A stretch of 64,000 nt of DNA, taken from Eledone cirrhosa (taxonomy: Eukaryota). The stretch lies in assembly GCA_964016885.1 (NCBI GenBank), contig OZ024754.1:31372001-31436000 (forward strand), written 5' to 3'. Each line of letters begins with the position of its first letter. The stretch's first letter is position 1. The notes beneath the pieces are model-generated. The model had not been told where the DNA came from. It searched no databases and saw only the letters and a list, made by a program, of their open reading frames with translations. Made by a program: the position numbers and the translations under genes. This document shows, piece after piece, positions 14,601 through 29,300 of this stretch.

Positions 14601-17600
14601 TACTCTATATATACTATTATATTTTCATGGTAAAGGCTTAACCTTACATAATTATCTCACATAACATTTACATTACTCTATATATACTATTATATTTTCA
14701 TGGTAAAGGCTTAACCTTACATAATTATCTCACATAACATTTACATTACTCTATATATACTATTATATTTTCATGGTAAAGGCTTAACCTTACATAATTA
14801 TCTCACATAACATTTACCTTACTCTATATATACTATTATATTTTCATGGTAAAGGCTTAACCTTACATAATTATCTCACATAACATTTACCTTACTCTAT
14901 ATATACTATTATATTTTCATGGTAAAGGCTTAACCTTACATAATTATCTCACATAACATTTACATTACTCTATATATACTATTATATTTTCATGGTAAAG
15001 GCTTAACCTTACATAATTATCTCACATAACATTTACCTTACTCTATATATACTATTATATTTTCATGGTAAAGGCTTAACCTTACATAATTATCTCACAT
15101 AACATTTACATTACTCTATATATACTATTATATTTTCATGGTAAAGGCTTTACCTTACATAATTATCTCACATAACATTTACATTACTCTATATATACTA
15201 TTATATTTTCATGGTAAAGGCTTTACCTTACATAATTATCTCACATAACATTTACCTTACTCTATATATACTATTATATTTTCATGGTAAAGGCTTAACC
15301 TTACATAATTATCTCACATAACATTTACATTACTCTATATATACTATTATATTTTCATGGTAAAGGCTTAACCTTACATAATTATCTCACATAACATTTA
15401 CATTACTCTATATATACTATTGTATTTTCATGGTAAAGGCTTAACCTTACATAATTATCTCATAACATTTACATTACTCTATATATACTATTATATTTTC
15501 ATGGTAAAGGCTTTACCTCGCATAATTATCTCACATAACATTTACATTACTCTATATATACTATTATATTTTCATGGTAAAGGCTTAACCTTACATAATT
15601 ATCTCACATAACATTTACATTACTCTATATATACTATTGTATTTTCATGGTAAAGGCTTAACCTTACATAATTATCTCACATAACATTTACCTTACTCTA
15701 TATATACTATTATATTTTCATGGTAAAGGCTTTACATTACATAATTATCTCACATAACGTTTACATTACTCTATATATACTATTGTATTTTCATGGTAAA
15801 GGCTTTACCTTACATAATTATCTCACATTTACATTTACATTACTCTATATATACTATTATATTTTCATGGTAAAGGCTTAACTTTACATAATTATCTCAC
15901 ATAACATTTACATTACTCTATATATACTATTATATTTTCATGGTAAAGGCTTAACCTTACATAATTATCTCACATAACATTTACATTACTCTATATATAC
16001 TATTATATTTTCATGGTAAAGGCTTTACCTTACATAATTATCTCACATAACATTTACCTTACTCTATATATACTATTATATTTTCATGGTAAAGGCTTAA
16101 CCTTACATAATTATCTCACATAACATTTACATTACTCTATATACACTATTATATTTTCATGGTAAAGGCTTTACCTTACATAATTATCTCACATAACATT
16201 TACATTACTCTATATATACTATTATATTTTCATGGTAAAGGCTTAACTTTACATAATTATCTCACATAACATTTACATTACTCTATATATACTATTATAT
16301 TTTCATGGTAAAGGCTTTACCTTACATAATTATCTCACATAACATTTACCTTACTCTATATATACTATTATATTTTCATGGTAAAGGCTTAACCTTACAT
16401 AATTATCTCACATAACATTTACATTACTCTATATACACTATTATATTTTCATGGTAAAGGCTTAACCTTACATAATTATCTCACATAACATTTACATTAC
16501 TCTATATACACTATTATATTTTCATGGTAAAGGCTTAACCTTACATAATTATCTCACATAACATTTACCTTACTCTATATATACTATTATATTTTCATGG
16601 TAAAGGCTTAACCTTACATAATTATCTCACATAACATTTACCTTACTCTATATATACTATTATATTTTCATGGTAAAGGCTTTACCTTACATAATTATCT
16701 CACATAACATTTACCTTACTCTATATATACTATTATATTTTCATGGTAAAGGCTTAACCTTATATAATTATCTCACATAACATTTACATTACTCTATATA
16801 TACTATTATATTTTCATGGTAAAGGCTTTACCTTACATAATTATCTCACATAATATCGAATCTATGAGATTTTGATATTATTAATTTTGAGAACACTACC
16901 TTCACATCACTATGAGCGGCCGGTTACAGCTGGTTTGAAGAGAATTCTGGCTGGATATGGCTGGTTTAAATGCTAAATGGTTAAATTCAGAACGTAAAGG
17001 GTCGTATCTCTATTCCACGGAGCATGTCTGACGCTCTACAATAATAATAGTAATAATTTTTAACATTAGGTCAAGAGTTAGGAAAATTTTGTGGATGGGC
17101 AGAGTGTAAGGGATAAATATAAATAGCTGATTATTGTTTATTTTTATCAATTCAATCAGGGAAGAATGAAGGCAATGAAAGGCAATGTTAACACTGGTGG
17201 GATTTGAACTCAGGATCTAAAAATACCCAACTAAATAAAGAATATACGTAGCTGATCTCTCAGACTTTTAAGTGCTGACAATATAAAGTTAATATAAAGA
17301 ATGGTGTGATCATTCATCAAGATTCTATAAAATAGGATGAAGACCCTTAAAAAGACAGAAAAAGAAGTTGTTATCAGCCACTATGAGGAAGTGAACCCTA
17401 TATCTTCCAGGTACCTTGGAGATATGAGATTCAATTCCCCATAGCAGCCGTTGGCAACTTCTTTTTCTGTCTTTTAAGGGTCATTACCCTATCTTATAGC
17501 ATCTCTGCACATGAGCACATCATCAGTCTTTATAGTAACCCTATATATCAGTAAATGTTGTCTTTCTTAATATTCCTAATTATATAAAAATTAATCTTTA

Positions 17601-20600
17601 CCTGTACAATCTCTCTTTTTCTTGCCAGAGCTTGGAAATTCCGCCAGCTTGCAATTGATCTGTTAAATATTCTGTTGCGGCTTGATCATCAAACCCCCGT
17701 TAGTGCTGTGAATCTCTTTCTTAAAAATGCTGTTGATGATTCAATTAACGTTAGAGAGGTACGACAAGTTTTCCAGTTTTTTTTTCTATTCTGTATTATT
17801 TAACTCTTTAGCATTTACATTACTCTATAATTATTTCACATAATATTGAATCTTCAAGATTTTGATGTTATTTATTTTGAGAATAATACCTTCATGTCAG
17901 TATGAGTGGCCAGTTTGAACAGAAAGAAGTGAGAGAATTCTGGCCGGATATGGACGGTTTAAATGCTAAAGGGTTAAAGATCCCTTGTTTTGTTTTATTT
18001 ATTCATGTTTTCAACCTGAATCTCTTTCTATAAAAAAATGTCCTTGATAAAGTATATATATTGAAAATATATATTGTCATAACATGTCCTTGATAGGGTA
18101 TCATCATCATCATCATTTTACATCCACTTTTCCCTGCTTGCAAGGGTGGGATATTTTGAAAATATATATTGTTGTTGTAACATGTCCTTCATAGGGTATA
18201 TAAGCCCTTCATATTCCTTGTGTCCTTAAATAGAAAGAAAAAAGTTGAAAGTTGTGTTATTCTGATATAACATCTCTTCTTTTGTCATTTCCAGATATGT
18301 TTACTCTCATTAGTTGGAGTTTTCAAATTATTGAAAAGAAGACATCAAACACAAGAAATCAATGTAAAAGAGCTAGCTGAATGTTCACCATCTGTGTCCA
18401 GTGATGCCGAATTCCATCCTTGTTGTCGGGATGATAATATGTGGCTTACATACAACATTGAAAAGCTACCAAAAACTGAAGATGCTTGGAACCAAACCAC
18501 TTTTATTGAAAAAACACATTTTGGTTTCTATTGTTGGCCAAAGTAAGTAACATTTATTCTTTAGGGTTGTAACTTTATAACAACTATATTTTTTTTATTA
18601 TTTCACATCCATTTTGGGTGGTAGATGTATTCCATTGCCCAGATTAGCATCACCACTTGGTCCTTGAGTGTCTTTAGCAGAGTCTACTCTGTTATAAGTA
18701 TTTGGGCCAACTCTCTCGATCAAATCCTTACAACCACTAGTGTTAGTTCCTGCACAAGATTATTGCGATTGCCTTTCTTTCTCAGATTTAGCCATGAAAA
18801 AAAAATAGCTTTATAAAATTGTTTACTTAAATAAGTGTTGCTGTAATGGCCCACACCTATGTTGGTTTAACTGCTCCTTTAATACCACTGCATGGGGTTA
18901 CATCTCCTAGTAAATCTCTTATGTTAGTAATAGAAAATACTCAGTCTTGTCATACATACAGTGTTTATGATTGTAACAGAGTTGTAACTAACCGACTAGT
19001 TACTATATTATCTACAAACTGAATGGTGAGAAATTTCTACTGTATCACACAGGTCTGTCTGTCATATCACACAGCTCAGTCTACAGTATCACACAGGTCT
19101 GTCTGTCTGTCTGCAGTATCACCCTGATTTATATTACATATATTCAGAGAATATGTTTCTCTTATACAACACCATCAAGTAAAGTTAGTATTTACATATT
19201 TACTGCAGTTAACTACAATAATCTAACTAGAGAAAAAAATATCTGATATCAAATTCTATAACAGCTATGGAATTTACACCTGCAATGCTACAGAGTCACC
19301 TTAAGAATGAGCGCAACTATGCCTCTCCTGGTCTTGATGGTGTTACGTACCTGCTTCTCAAACGTGGTGGGTACTTCCTTCTGCACCAGCTATCACTCTT
19401 CTTTCAATTCTGTCTTAACAACGGTGCTACTCTGGAGCAGTGGAAAACTGCCGGTGTCATTCTTTTGTTCAAAAAAGATGACCTCACGTCGCCTGTCAAC
19501 TATTGTCCAGTCAGTCTTACTAGCTGCATTGCCAAACTGATGGAATTGTGTGTCAGAGAAGCACTCTGGAACTACTGGAACTCTCACAACCTTATCCGGC
19601 CCTCGCAATTTGGATTTATCGCTAACTCCAGCTGCTGTGTTCAACTTATCGAGTTTCTTGAAGACATCACCCGGATCACTGATGGCGGCTCATGGGTGGA
19701 TGTTGTTTACCTTGACTTTGCTAAAGCTTTTAATTCTGTGCCACACAAAAGACTTGTGGCAAAATTCTCTGCAATGGGTGTGAAAGATGATCTTTTTAAC
19801 TGGTTGAAGTCCTTCATTCTCAGTTGAAAAGAGGTAGTCACAGTTCTAGGACAGCATTCTTCATTCTGTGCAATGCCATCTGGTGTACTGCAGGATCTGT
19901 TCTTGGTCCCCTTTTGTTTGTTGCATATATTAATGACATAGATGCCAACTTAAAGAATGCCACAGTACTGAAATATGCAGATAACGTCAAGCTGTACCTT
20001 GAGATAAAAAGTATAGATCCTGAACACTATAGATCTTTCCTGCAATCAGACCTGGACACAATGCAGCAATGGATCACAGACTGTGGACAAGTGCACCACC
20101 ATGCATTTTTGGGGGAAAAACCCAGCGTCCACATACTCCCTCCACAACACTAATATCAAGAAGTCTTCTTGTGAATATGACCTGTGCATTACTGTCAGCA
20201 GCGATTTGAGTTGGACGAAGCACATTTCTAAAATTCTCAAGAAGGCCAAGGGTTTCTTGGCATCACTCAGCAAGACTTTTGTCAGCCGCTCTCCAGCTAT
20301 ATATTTAAAGCTGTATATAGCTATGGTGCAGCCATACTTGGAATTCACATCATCAGTCTGGAACCTCTATCTTGCTCAGAACATTGACCGCTTGGAAACT
20401 GTTCAGAGATGTGCAACCAAGCAAATACCCTCCATCAGACATCTACCATACTCTGAACGCCTTGCTTCCCTGGGCATGGATTCATTGAAGCTCCGACGTC
20501 TGGCAACTGACTTGGTAAACATGCACAAAATTATTTACCATCTTGCCAACAACAACCCTGAGCACCTTTTTGATTTCCATGTGTCTAACACACGTGGGCA

Positions 20601-20788
20601 TGCCTACAAAGTCAGAAAACAGCACAGCTCCTATGACTTTCGTAAAAAAATGTTCACGCTCAGAGTTACTGAAGCATGGAACAAACTACCTGCATCAGTT
20701 GTTAGCTGCCAAGACACTGCATCCTTTAAAACCTCCATGCTTCCTGAAATTTGCTAACACTACACCTGATATCCCCCCTCCACACACA

Positions 20789-20823
<35 letters not shown>

Positions 20824-23296
20824 TGACTCCTATGCTCTTCATTTTCCTGACATTTGTACATTATTCTATGTACTATAGATGCACCTTTGATGAGTTGTAG
20901 TGTACCTGAGCACTGTACACAATATTTCATTATTATTATAACAAGTTTTTTGGGTTTATTTTTAATGTAATTCTATTTGTTTGTAATCTTTAGACAGATG
21001 TTGACTTATGCCCCTTACAAGGATCAGCCGCAGTTGGAACGTTCCAGAGAGGAGTTCAGTGAAGTGGAAATGTCTATATACGATCTCTGGATGTCCAAAG
21101 ATTACATTCAGAAGTTTATTACTTTCTTGGCTCTTGAAGAGCAGAAAGGAAAAGATAAGTTTAAACAGAAACATGTGCTTTTCTTTAAGGTAAATCTCTC
21201 TCTTCTCTCTTTCTCTTCTCTCTCTTCTCTCTTTCTCTTCTCTCTCTTCTCTCTTTCTCTTCTCTCTCTTCTCTCTTACTCTTCTCTCTCTTCTCTCTTT
21301 CTCTTCTCTCTCTTCTCTCTTTCTCTTCTCTCTTTCCCTCTCTCTCCTCTCTCTCTCATATATATGTGTATATGTATACACACATTTGTACATCTGTGTA
21401 TGTGTCTATATATTATGTTTGCATATGTATATATTTTTCTGTTCTCCTGTCTTTCTCTGAAAAAAGAAATGTGTTGTTATAAAATGTTATATTGAAAGCT
21501 GATCATCTTTATCTTATTACTATTACTATCATCTTATCCAGGGTTTATGTAGAAATTTTGGTGATTCCTTCCTTGAATTATTGAAACCTGAAATTGAAAA
21601 ATTACTGGAAGAAACCAACCTTGTAACACGAGAGAGTCACCACAGGTGTGCACTAGAGATCTTAGCTGGTATTATACAAGGAATGAAACATTGGCCTTAT
21701 AAAAAGGTAGATGTTTGTTTTATATACTTCTCTTATCTTCTATCAGTTATTGTTGTTTTCTTTGAATATTAACTTCTTGTGCTTTGCAACCACATGGCTT
21801 ATGCTTAGTGACACTGCGTGGTACTTTACGTAAGTGTCTGATTTGGCCTGAGCAATGTGTTGTGTGGAAAATCAGTAAATGGAAACTGTGGAAGCCCAGC
21901 GTGTATGTGTATGAATGTGTGTGTGTGTGTAGCATTGTCACCACTTGGTCAGGTGATAATTTTTGTCTCAGCTTGCAAAGATCAATATTTTACTGAAAGT
22001 GTTAGTGTCAGGAAGGGCATCTAGTTGTATAATACTAACCTAAAAATGTTTTGTACAACCTATGCCAACATAGAAAAAAATGGACTTAAAAATGATGATG
22101 ATGATGTGTGTTACTTGAAGGCTAATTAAATATTTCAGTTCTATAGTGTTTTATATTCTTTACTTTCAGGTGATGGATTTCTGGAGCTGGTCCATAAAAC
22201 TCCTCCGTAAAAATTTAAACTCTATAATTGTTGAATCTGTGGAAGACTGGGGTAACTTCTTTAATCTAATTTGTGTACGTCTTACCTTTATTTAATCTGA
22301 CAGTTAATAACACAAATATCTAGATCAGACGTTTCCAAACTGTTTAGGTGTGTCACTGATAATCTCTAGGTGTGCCACAACACTTTCATGTGTCACAGAT
22401 AATCTGTAGGTGTGTTGTGACATTTAAGTATGTCACTAATCATCTTTAGGTGTGCCATGACTCTTTAGTGTCACTGATATCTTTAGGTGTGTCACAACAC
22501 TTCAGTGTATCACTAATGAGCGCTAAGTGTGTCACAATGCTTTTGGTATGTCACCAGCAATCTCTAGATTTGTCTCAACACTTGAGTATGTCATTAATAA
22601 TCTATAGGTGTGTCACGACACTTGAGTGTGTCACTGATGGTCTATAGATGTCACCACACTTGAGTGTGTCATTAATAATTTCTAGATGTGTCGCGATACC
22701 TTATTTAGTTTATTGACAACAATCTCTAGGTAAAATCTGATAAAGTTGACAAATTAGGTAAAATCTGATAAAGTTTTACCAATATTTGACTCTGAAATAT
22801 ATTTGAGATGTGACAACTCCGTAGAATTAGACATGTGACTGATGATTTGTGATATGATATTTAATTGTTTAATTATTTTGTTAATTTAAGTGTCGCTAAC
22901 GAAACTTGTGTCACCATTAGTTTTATCATTAAAACGTGTTAGCATTGTAAAACTCTGCTTCAGATGATCCATACAAGGTGGGGTGCTGAAAAGTTCCTGT
23001 CTTTAAGGGTAGAGCTGCTACCTTTACAGGGGAGGTAGGACAGCTGCAATAAAAGTGTGAACTTTTCAGCACCCCTCTGTACCAAGGAAAATATTTCTTG
23101 GTAAATTTACTTAAAATTTCATCTACTTTGTAAGAAAATATTAACTTCATTTCATTAAATTCCAACTTCAGGAAAATCGTGATCCAAGGAAACTGTATCC
23201 AATATTTGAATTATTGATGGAAAATCCAATAAGTGAAGAGGGTGGTTCGTTAGGGGATTCAAGGTATGATATAGGATTATTTTCTGCATGTATATC

Positions 23297-23329
<33 letters not shown>

Positions 23330-26300
23330 TATTACTTATGTTCCTCTTTTCTCTCTTTTTCTGTTTCTCTCACCCTCTTACCCCCACTCTTATTCTCCTT
23401 CTCTATTGTCCAGTCGAATATATTGTTTACAAAATGCGTTGATGTCTCAAGAATGGAGAGTTACAGAACTTCTGAAGAAACTTCTGAATTATTTGGAACC
23501 TCACCTCGATCATCCTTACAAGAATGTCCGAGATCGTATTGGATGGTATTTTATTTTGGTTTTCTATGTTACTAGTGTTTAAATATCATTTAACAGATTG
23601 TCTCCTCTATTAAAGTATTCTTTCTAGTCTTGCCATAAGATCCACTTGTTGTAAATGTAGATATTAATTTCTAAGATATAAATATAGGGTCTCAAATTTA
23701 GGAGAAGAGGTTTACTTGATTATATCAACCCTGTTTCTTTATATATTGATCCCAGAAGGATAAAAAGTGAAGTTCATCTTGACAAAATTATTGTCTTAAA
23801 AAAAAAATGGGACATAAAAATGTTAACATTAAAAAATCCACAAAAATGAATAATTTGGATCAGGAAAAATTAAAATTTCAACGTTTTATTTCCTCACCTA
23901 ATTTTTTTTTCATTTCTTTTTCTCCAGTGTTTTGTGCTATATCTTCCTTTACGATTACAAAATGCTGCCAAACAGCAAATCTTTTCTGCCTCTGCGGAAA
24001 TCATTTGTTGAGAAGTTGTTGGTCCAGTTAGATCCTTTGAAAAATATATATGAAGAAAACAACTTTTTGAAAGGTATTTGAAGCTATTCCAATGAAATTT
24101 GCAATATATAGTGATGTGTTGTTTCCTTGAGCAAGACACTTTATTTCACATTGCTCCAGTTTACTCAGCTGTAGAAATGAGATGATAGGACTGGGGTCCC
24201 TATCATTCCACTGCAAAGTGGTCGTAGAGGTGCCACGGCAAAAAAGCACCCAGCACTCACTGTAAATGAGGTTGGTGTTAGGAAAGGCATCCAGCTGTAG
24301 AAATCAAGCCAGAATCAGTTCCCGTATGAGCAAGACAAGGTCAGCCGACTGGACACTGCCCACAACAGGACAACCCGTCTAACACATGCTAGCGTGGAAG
24401 AACAGTCATAAAATGGTGATAATGACAGTGATATAATTGATGTGAAGTGGATCAACTACACTTGATGTAGCGTTCTGCCAAGGTTTATCTGGCAAGGTGA
24501 TCTGCATCCATTACAAATGTAAAAATATGTCTGCCTTCTAAGGCTGCTGTTTGACTGACTCTGGTTTTATGGTGGTGTGTAGATGAAAGAGAAATCTTCC
24601 TCTGGTTAAGATGCCAATGTACCAGAGGTACCGTTCTAAGATGATCTCATACCTATCTTAACTGCTGGGAGAGAGATAGACTGTAGAATAAAGTGTTGTA
24701 CCCAGAAAGGCAACAAAACAACTACAGTAGACTTGAACTCACAGCTGATACTCAAGAAATCTCTGTATCTTATAAACTTGTCATCTCTTCAGTGAGTTGA
24801 ATTTGATGAAAGGGATTTCGTCAACTAATGAATTGTTATTTGACCATGTGGAGTGACAGAATCATTAGTGTTGGCCATGGGTGAGGTGGTGGAGTGACAG
24901 AATCATTCGAGTTGGTCAAGGGTGAGGTGGTGGGTTGACAGAATCATTAGAGTTGGCCATGGGTGAAGTGGTGGGTTGACAGAATCATTAGAGTTGGTCA
25001 AGGGTGAGGTGGTGGAGTGACAGAATCATTCGAGTTGGTCAAGGGTGAGGTGGTGGGTTGACAGAATCATTAGAGTTGGCCACGGGTGAAGTGGTGGGTT
25101 GACAGAATCATTAGTGTTGGTCAAGGGTGAGGTGGTGGAGTGACAGAATCATTAGAGTTGTCTAAATGTTTATTATTTGTTCTGGCTCTTTGTTTTGAGT
25201 TCAAATCCTGTTGAGGTCAACTTTGCCTTTCATCCTTCTGAGAGATAAAATAAAGTACCAGTTAAGTACTGGGGTCGATATAATCGACTGTTTTCCCTCC
25301 CTAAATTGCTAGCCTTGTGCCTAAATTAGAAACTATTATTATTGTTGTTGTTGTTGAACTTTCTCCTAAATGTAACTCCAAATTCCAGGTGAGGACGGTT
25401 TGTCATTACCTCCTAATGGCTTCACATCATCAACTAAACCTGGAGAAGAATCTGAAGAGAAAAAGACGTTAATCCGAATCTGTAAAACTAGTGAGTATTT
25501 CTGTAGAAGATTGTGAATATTCTCCTAAGGTTTTGTCTCCATTGTGTCTAATGAAACTAACTTGTACTGCTGCTGCATTGAACTCTCTAGATTACCTCCC
25601 TTGTCACCGTTCTACTTTACACTGTTGTCCTGGGTTCCTTGGAGCTACATCTCTCTCCGACCAATTCGTGCTGTATTTATTTGTCACATGAGAGACAATA
25701 TAATAATTATTATTGTTGAAATCAATAACAGCTAGCTTTATTAACTTGGTTTTATGTGGAGACTTTAGTAACAGGGAAATTTCCGCCGAGGTTAACTTTG
25801 CCTTTCATCCTTACGGGGTCGATAAAATAAAGTACCAGTAATGCACTGGGATAATTGCTGGCCTTGTGCCTAATGTAGAAACAATTATTTCCTCCTTTAA
25901 CCCTGATTCACAATACTGAATTTTTTTTTTTAAACTAAAAAAACGCATTACATATTTTTACAGTTTTAGTTTACAAATTGAAATTAAGGATGCTGGAGTG
26001 GCAGTATCGGCTATGGATACCATGCTTTGCGGCATAGTTACGTCCCTTTACGTTCTGAGTTCAAATCCCGCATTAGCTTTGCTTTTCATCCTTATTGGGT
26101 TGATAAATAAAGTATCAATCATGCACTGTGGTAGATTTAATCGAGTTTCCCCCTCCTCCCCAAAAATTGCCGGCCTTGTGCCTAAATCAGAAACCATTAT
26201 TATATATTCTATTTCTAGCAGGCTCAATGACCGAATGGTATAAAATGATTATATACAAACTGAGTGCTGGTGATAGGACAAAAAGCACCCAGTCCACACT

Positions 26301-29300
26301 GTAAGGTGGTCGTTTTGGTGCCACAATAAAAAGTACCTAGTCCACACTGTAAGGTGGTCGTTTTGGTGCCACAATAAAAAGCACCCAGTCCACACTGTAA
26401 AGTGGTTGTTATGGTGCCACAATAAAAAGCACCCAGTCCACACTGTAACACGTTTAGCATTAGAAAAAGTATCCAGCTGTAGAAACCAAGCCAAAAGGCA
26501 GATATGTATGAGCATGACATGGTCTTCGCACCTGATTTATCTCATAATGCGACAACTCATCTAACCAAGAAAAAATAGACCTTAAATGATGATGAGTGAA
26601 CTATAGTTAACATAATCCATCTGTTATATCACAGCAGACATAATGAAGTTATAAGAAGACACAAGAATCTATGTAAAACTAATGATGTTGGTGATGTTCT
26701 TGTTGTTCATTTTACAGTTTTGAAATGGTTTGTGCTGAGTTTCAACTCTATGTTAAATAATGTCACAGAAGAGCTGTTTGGCTTCCTGCCAATAGTAAGT
26801 ATATTTCTTTTACTCTGAGATATATATATATATATATATTCCGACCTCACACACTTACACCTCTCCAAGACAATGTCACTGGACCGAGATCTTTGGCGCT
26901 ACACAGTAATAGAGAAGACCCGCCTTACCTAAGTACAAAGTGAAACCTACTACAGTCAGTAGGCACCTCTAACAAAATACACCCCCGTCCCACTACCCCC
27001 ACCCCATCCACACCACCCCTTTCAATGTAAAGTTATGTTGGTACCACAACATCCAGCCCGAAACAAATGAGGTCGTGTAGGTGTCACAACAAAAAACACA
27101 GTCTACGCTGTAATATGGCCGTGTAGGTAACGGTAAAAACCTCCCAGTTCCACACTGTAAATGTGGTTGGTGTTAGGAAGGGCATCCACCCACCAGACAG
27201 TCCTATGCGAGCAAGACAACCACTCTTGCCTCAAGTGGGAAAACTCCCGTCCAAACCCATGCAAGCGTGGAATATGGACGTTAAACGATGATGATACAGC
27301 TACACTTGTTCATATTTCCACATGTGTATAATGTGTGTATAGGCAGCAAATTGGCAGAGGTGTTAGAACATCGGATAGAATGCTGTTTTTTTTTTTGTCC
27401 TGGCATCAGCATGATCACCTTACTAGGTGGAATGGGTGCTTTTTGTCCTGGAACCAACACTACTATTCTTTTATGAAATTTTTCGTAATTTATTGATGTA
27501 TGAAAACTCTTTAGTTTTGCAGCCTTGTCAGCCAAATCCAGGAAGAGGAACTCCAAAAAGAATGTCTCCATGCTATAGCTAATCTAGCTCAGGCTACACT
27601 ATCACGACCTGTCATTTCTGTTGCCATGCAGAAAGTTACAGAGATTGCAACACTGCCCTCATGGCATGCCAAGACTGCAGTTCTTAGTTTCTTGCAGGCA
27701 TTAATCTTCAACAACTTTTTCACAATGCAAAAACCGCAGTATGTGCAACAAGTTCGTAACTTTTTGATGAAACTTATTTGCAATGAAAGACTCGAGGTAA
27801 ACTATTTATTTCATTTTTCTTTCTTAGACATATTAAATTATAAATCATTCATATTTAACTTTTGGTTAGAAAATAAAAAGATTTCATCCATTGCCCAGTT
27901 TAACACCAACACCTGGTCCTTGGATACCTTTAGCAGAGTCGACTTTAATGCAAGCATTTGGGCTAGTTCTTTGGTTTGAGGAGAGCTTCTTCCCTCTTTG
28001 AGTAGGTAGACCAATACCATAATCACGAAGTCAGTCCACTATACAGTGAAGGTATATACCCCACCCAACTATGTTTACAGTGGTATATTCCCCACCCAAC
28101 TATGTTTACAGTGGTATATTCCCCACCCAACTATGTTTACAGTGGTATATACCCCACCCAAGTATGTTTACAGTGGTATATACCCCACCCAACTATGTTT
28201 ACAGTGGTATATTCCCCACCCAACTATGTTCACTGTGGTATATTCCCCACCCAACTATGTTTACAGTGGTATATTCCCCACCTAACTATATTTACAGTGG
28301 TATATTCCCCACCTAACTATGTTTACAGTGGTATATTCCCCACCCAACTATATTTACAGTGGTATATTCCCCACCCAACTATGTTTACAGTGGTATATTC
28401 CCCACCTAACTATATTTACAGTGGTATATTCCCCACCCAACTATGTTTACAGTGGTATATTCCCCACCTAACTATATTTACAGTGGTATATTCCCCCACC
28501 CAACTATGTTTACAGTGGTATATTCCCCACCTAACTATATTTACAGTGGTATATACCCCACCCAACTATGTTTACAGTGGTATATACCCCACCCAACTAT
28601 GTTTACAGTGGTATATTCCCCACCCAACTATGTTTACAGTGGTATATTCCCCACCTAACTATATTTACAGTGGTATATTCCCCACCTAACTATATTTACA
28701 GTGGTATATTCCCCACCTAACTATATTTACAGTGGTATATTCCCCACCCAACTATGTTCACTGTGGTATATTCCCACCTAACTATATTTACAGTGGTATA
28801 TTCCCCACCTAACTATATTTACAGTGGTATATTCCCCACCTAACTATATTTACAGTGGTATATTCCCCACCCAACTATATTTACAGTGGTATATTCCCCA
28901 CCCAACTATGTTTACAGTGGTATATTCCCCACCTAACTATATTTACAGTGGTATATTCCCCACCTAACTATGTTTACAGTGGTATATTCCCCACCCAACT
29001 ATGTTCACTGTGGTATATTCCCCACCCAACTATGTTCACTGTGGTATATTCCCCACCCAACTATGTTTACAGTGGTATATTCCCCACCTAACTATATTTA
29101 CAGTGGTATATTCCCCACCTAACTATGTTTACAGTGGTATATTCCCCACCCAACTATGTTCACTGTGGTATATTCCCACCCAACTATGTTTACAGTGGTA
29201 TATTCCCCACCTAACTATATTTACAGTGGTATATTCCCCACCTAACTATGTTTACAGTGGTATATTCCCCACCCAACTATGTTCACTGTGGTATATTCCC

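Noticed and set aside
19267-20757. Possible active reverse transcriptase gene
   Set aside because: Frameshifted, 5'-truncated, and the catalytic YADD is altered to YADN; a dead CR1-like copy.
20962-21393. Arg/Glu-rich ORF on the minus strand
   Set aside because: Antisense reading of a (CT)-rich microsatellite and a PSME4 exon.
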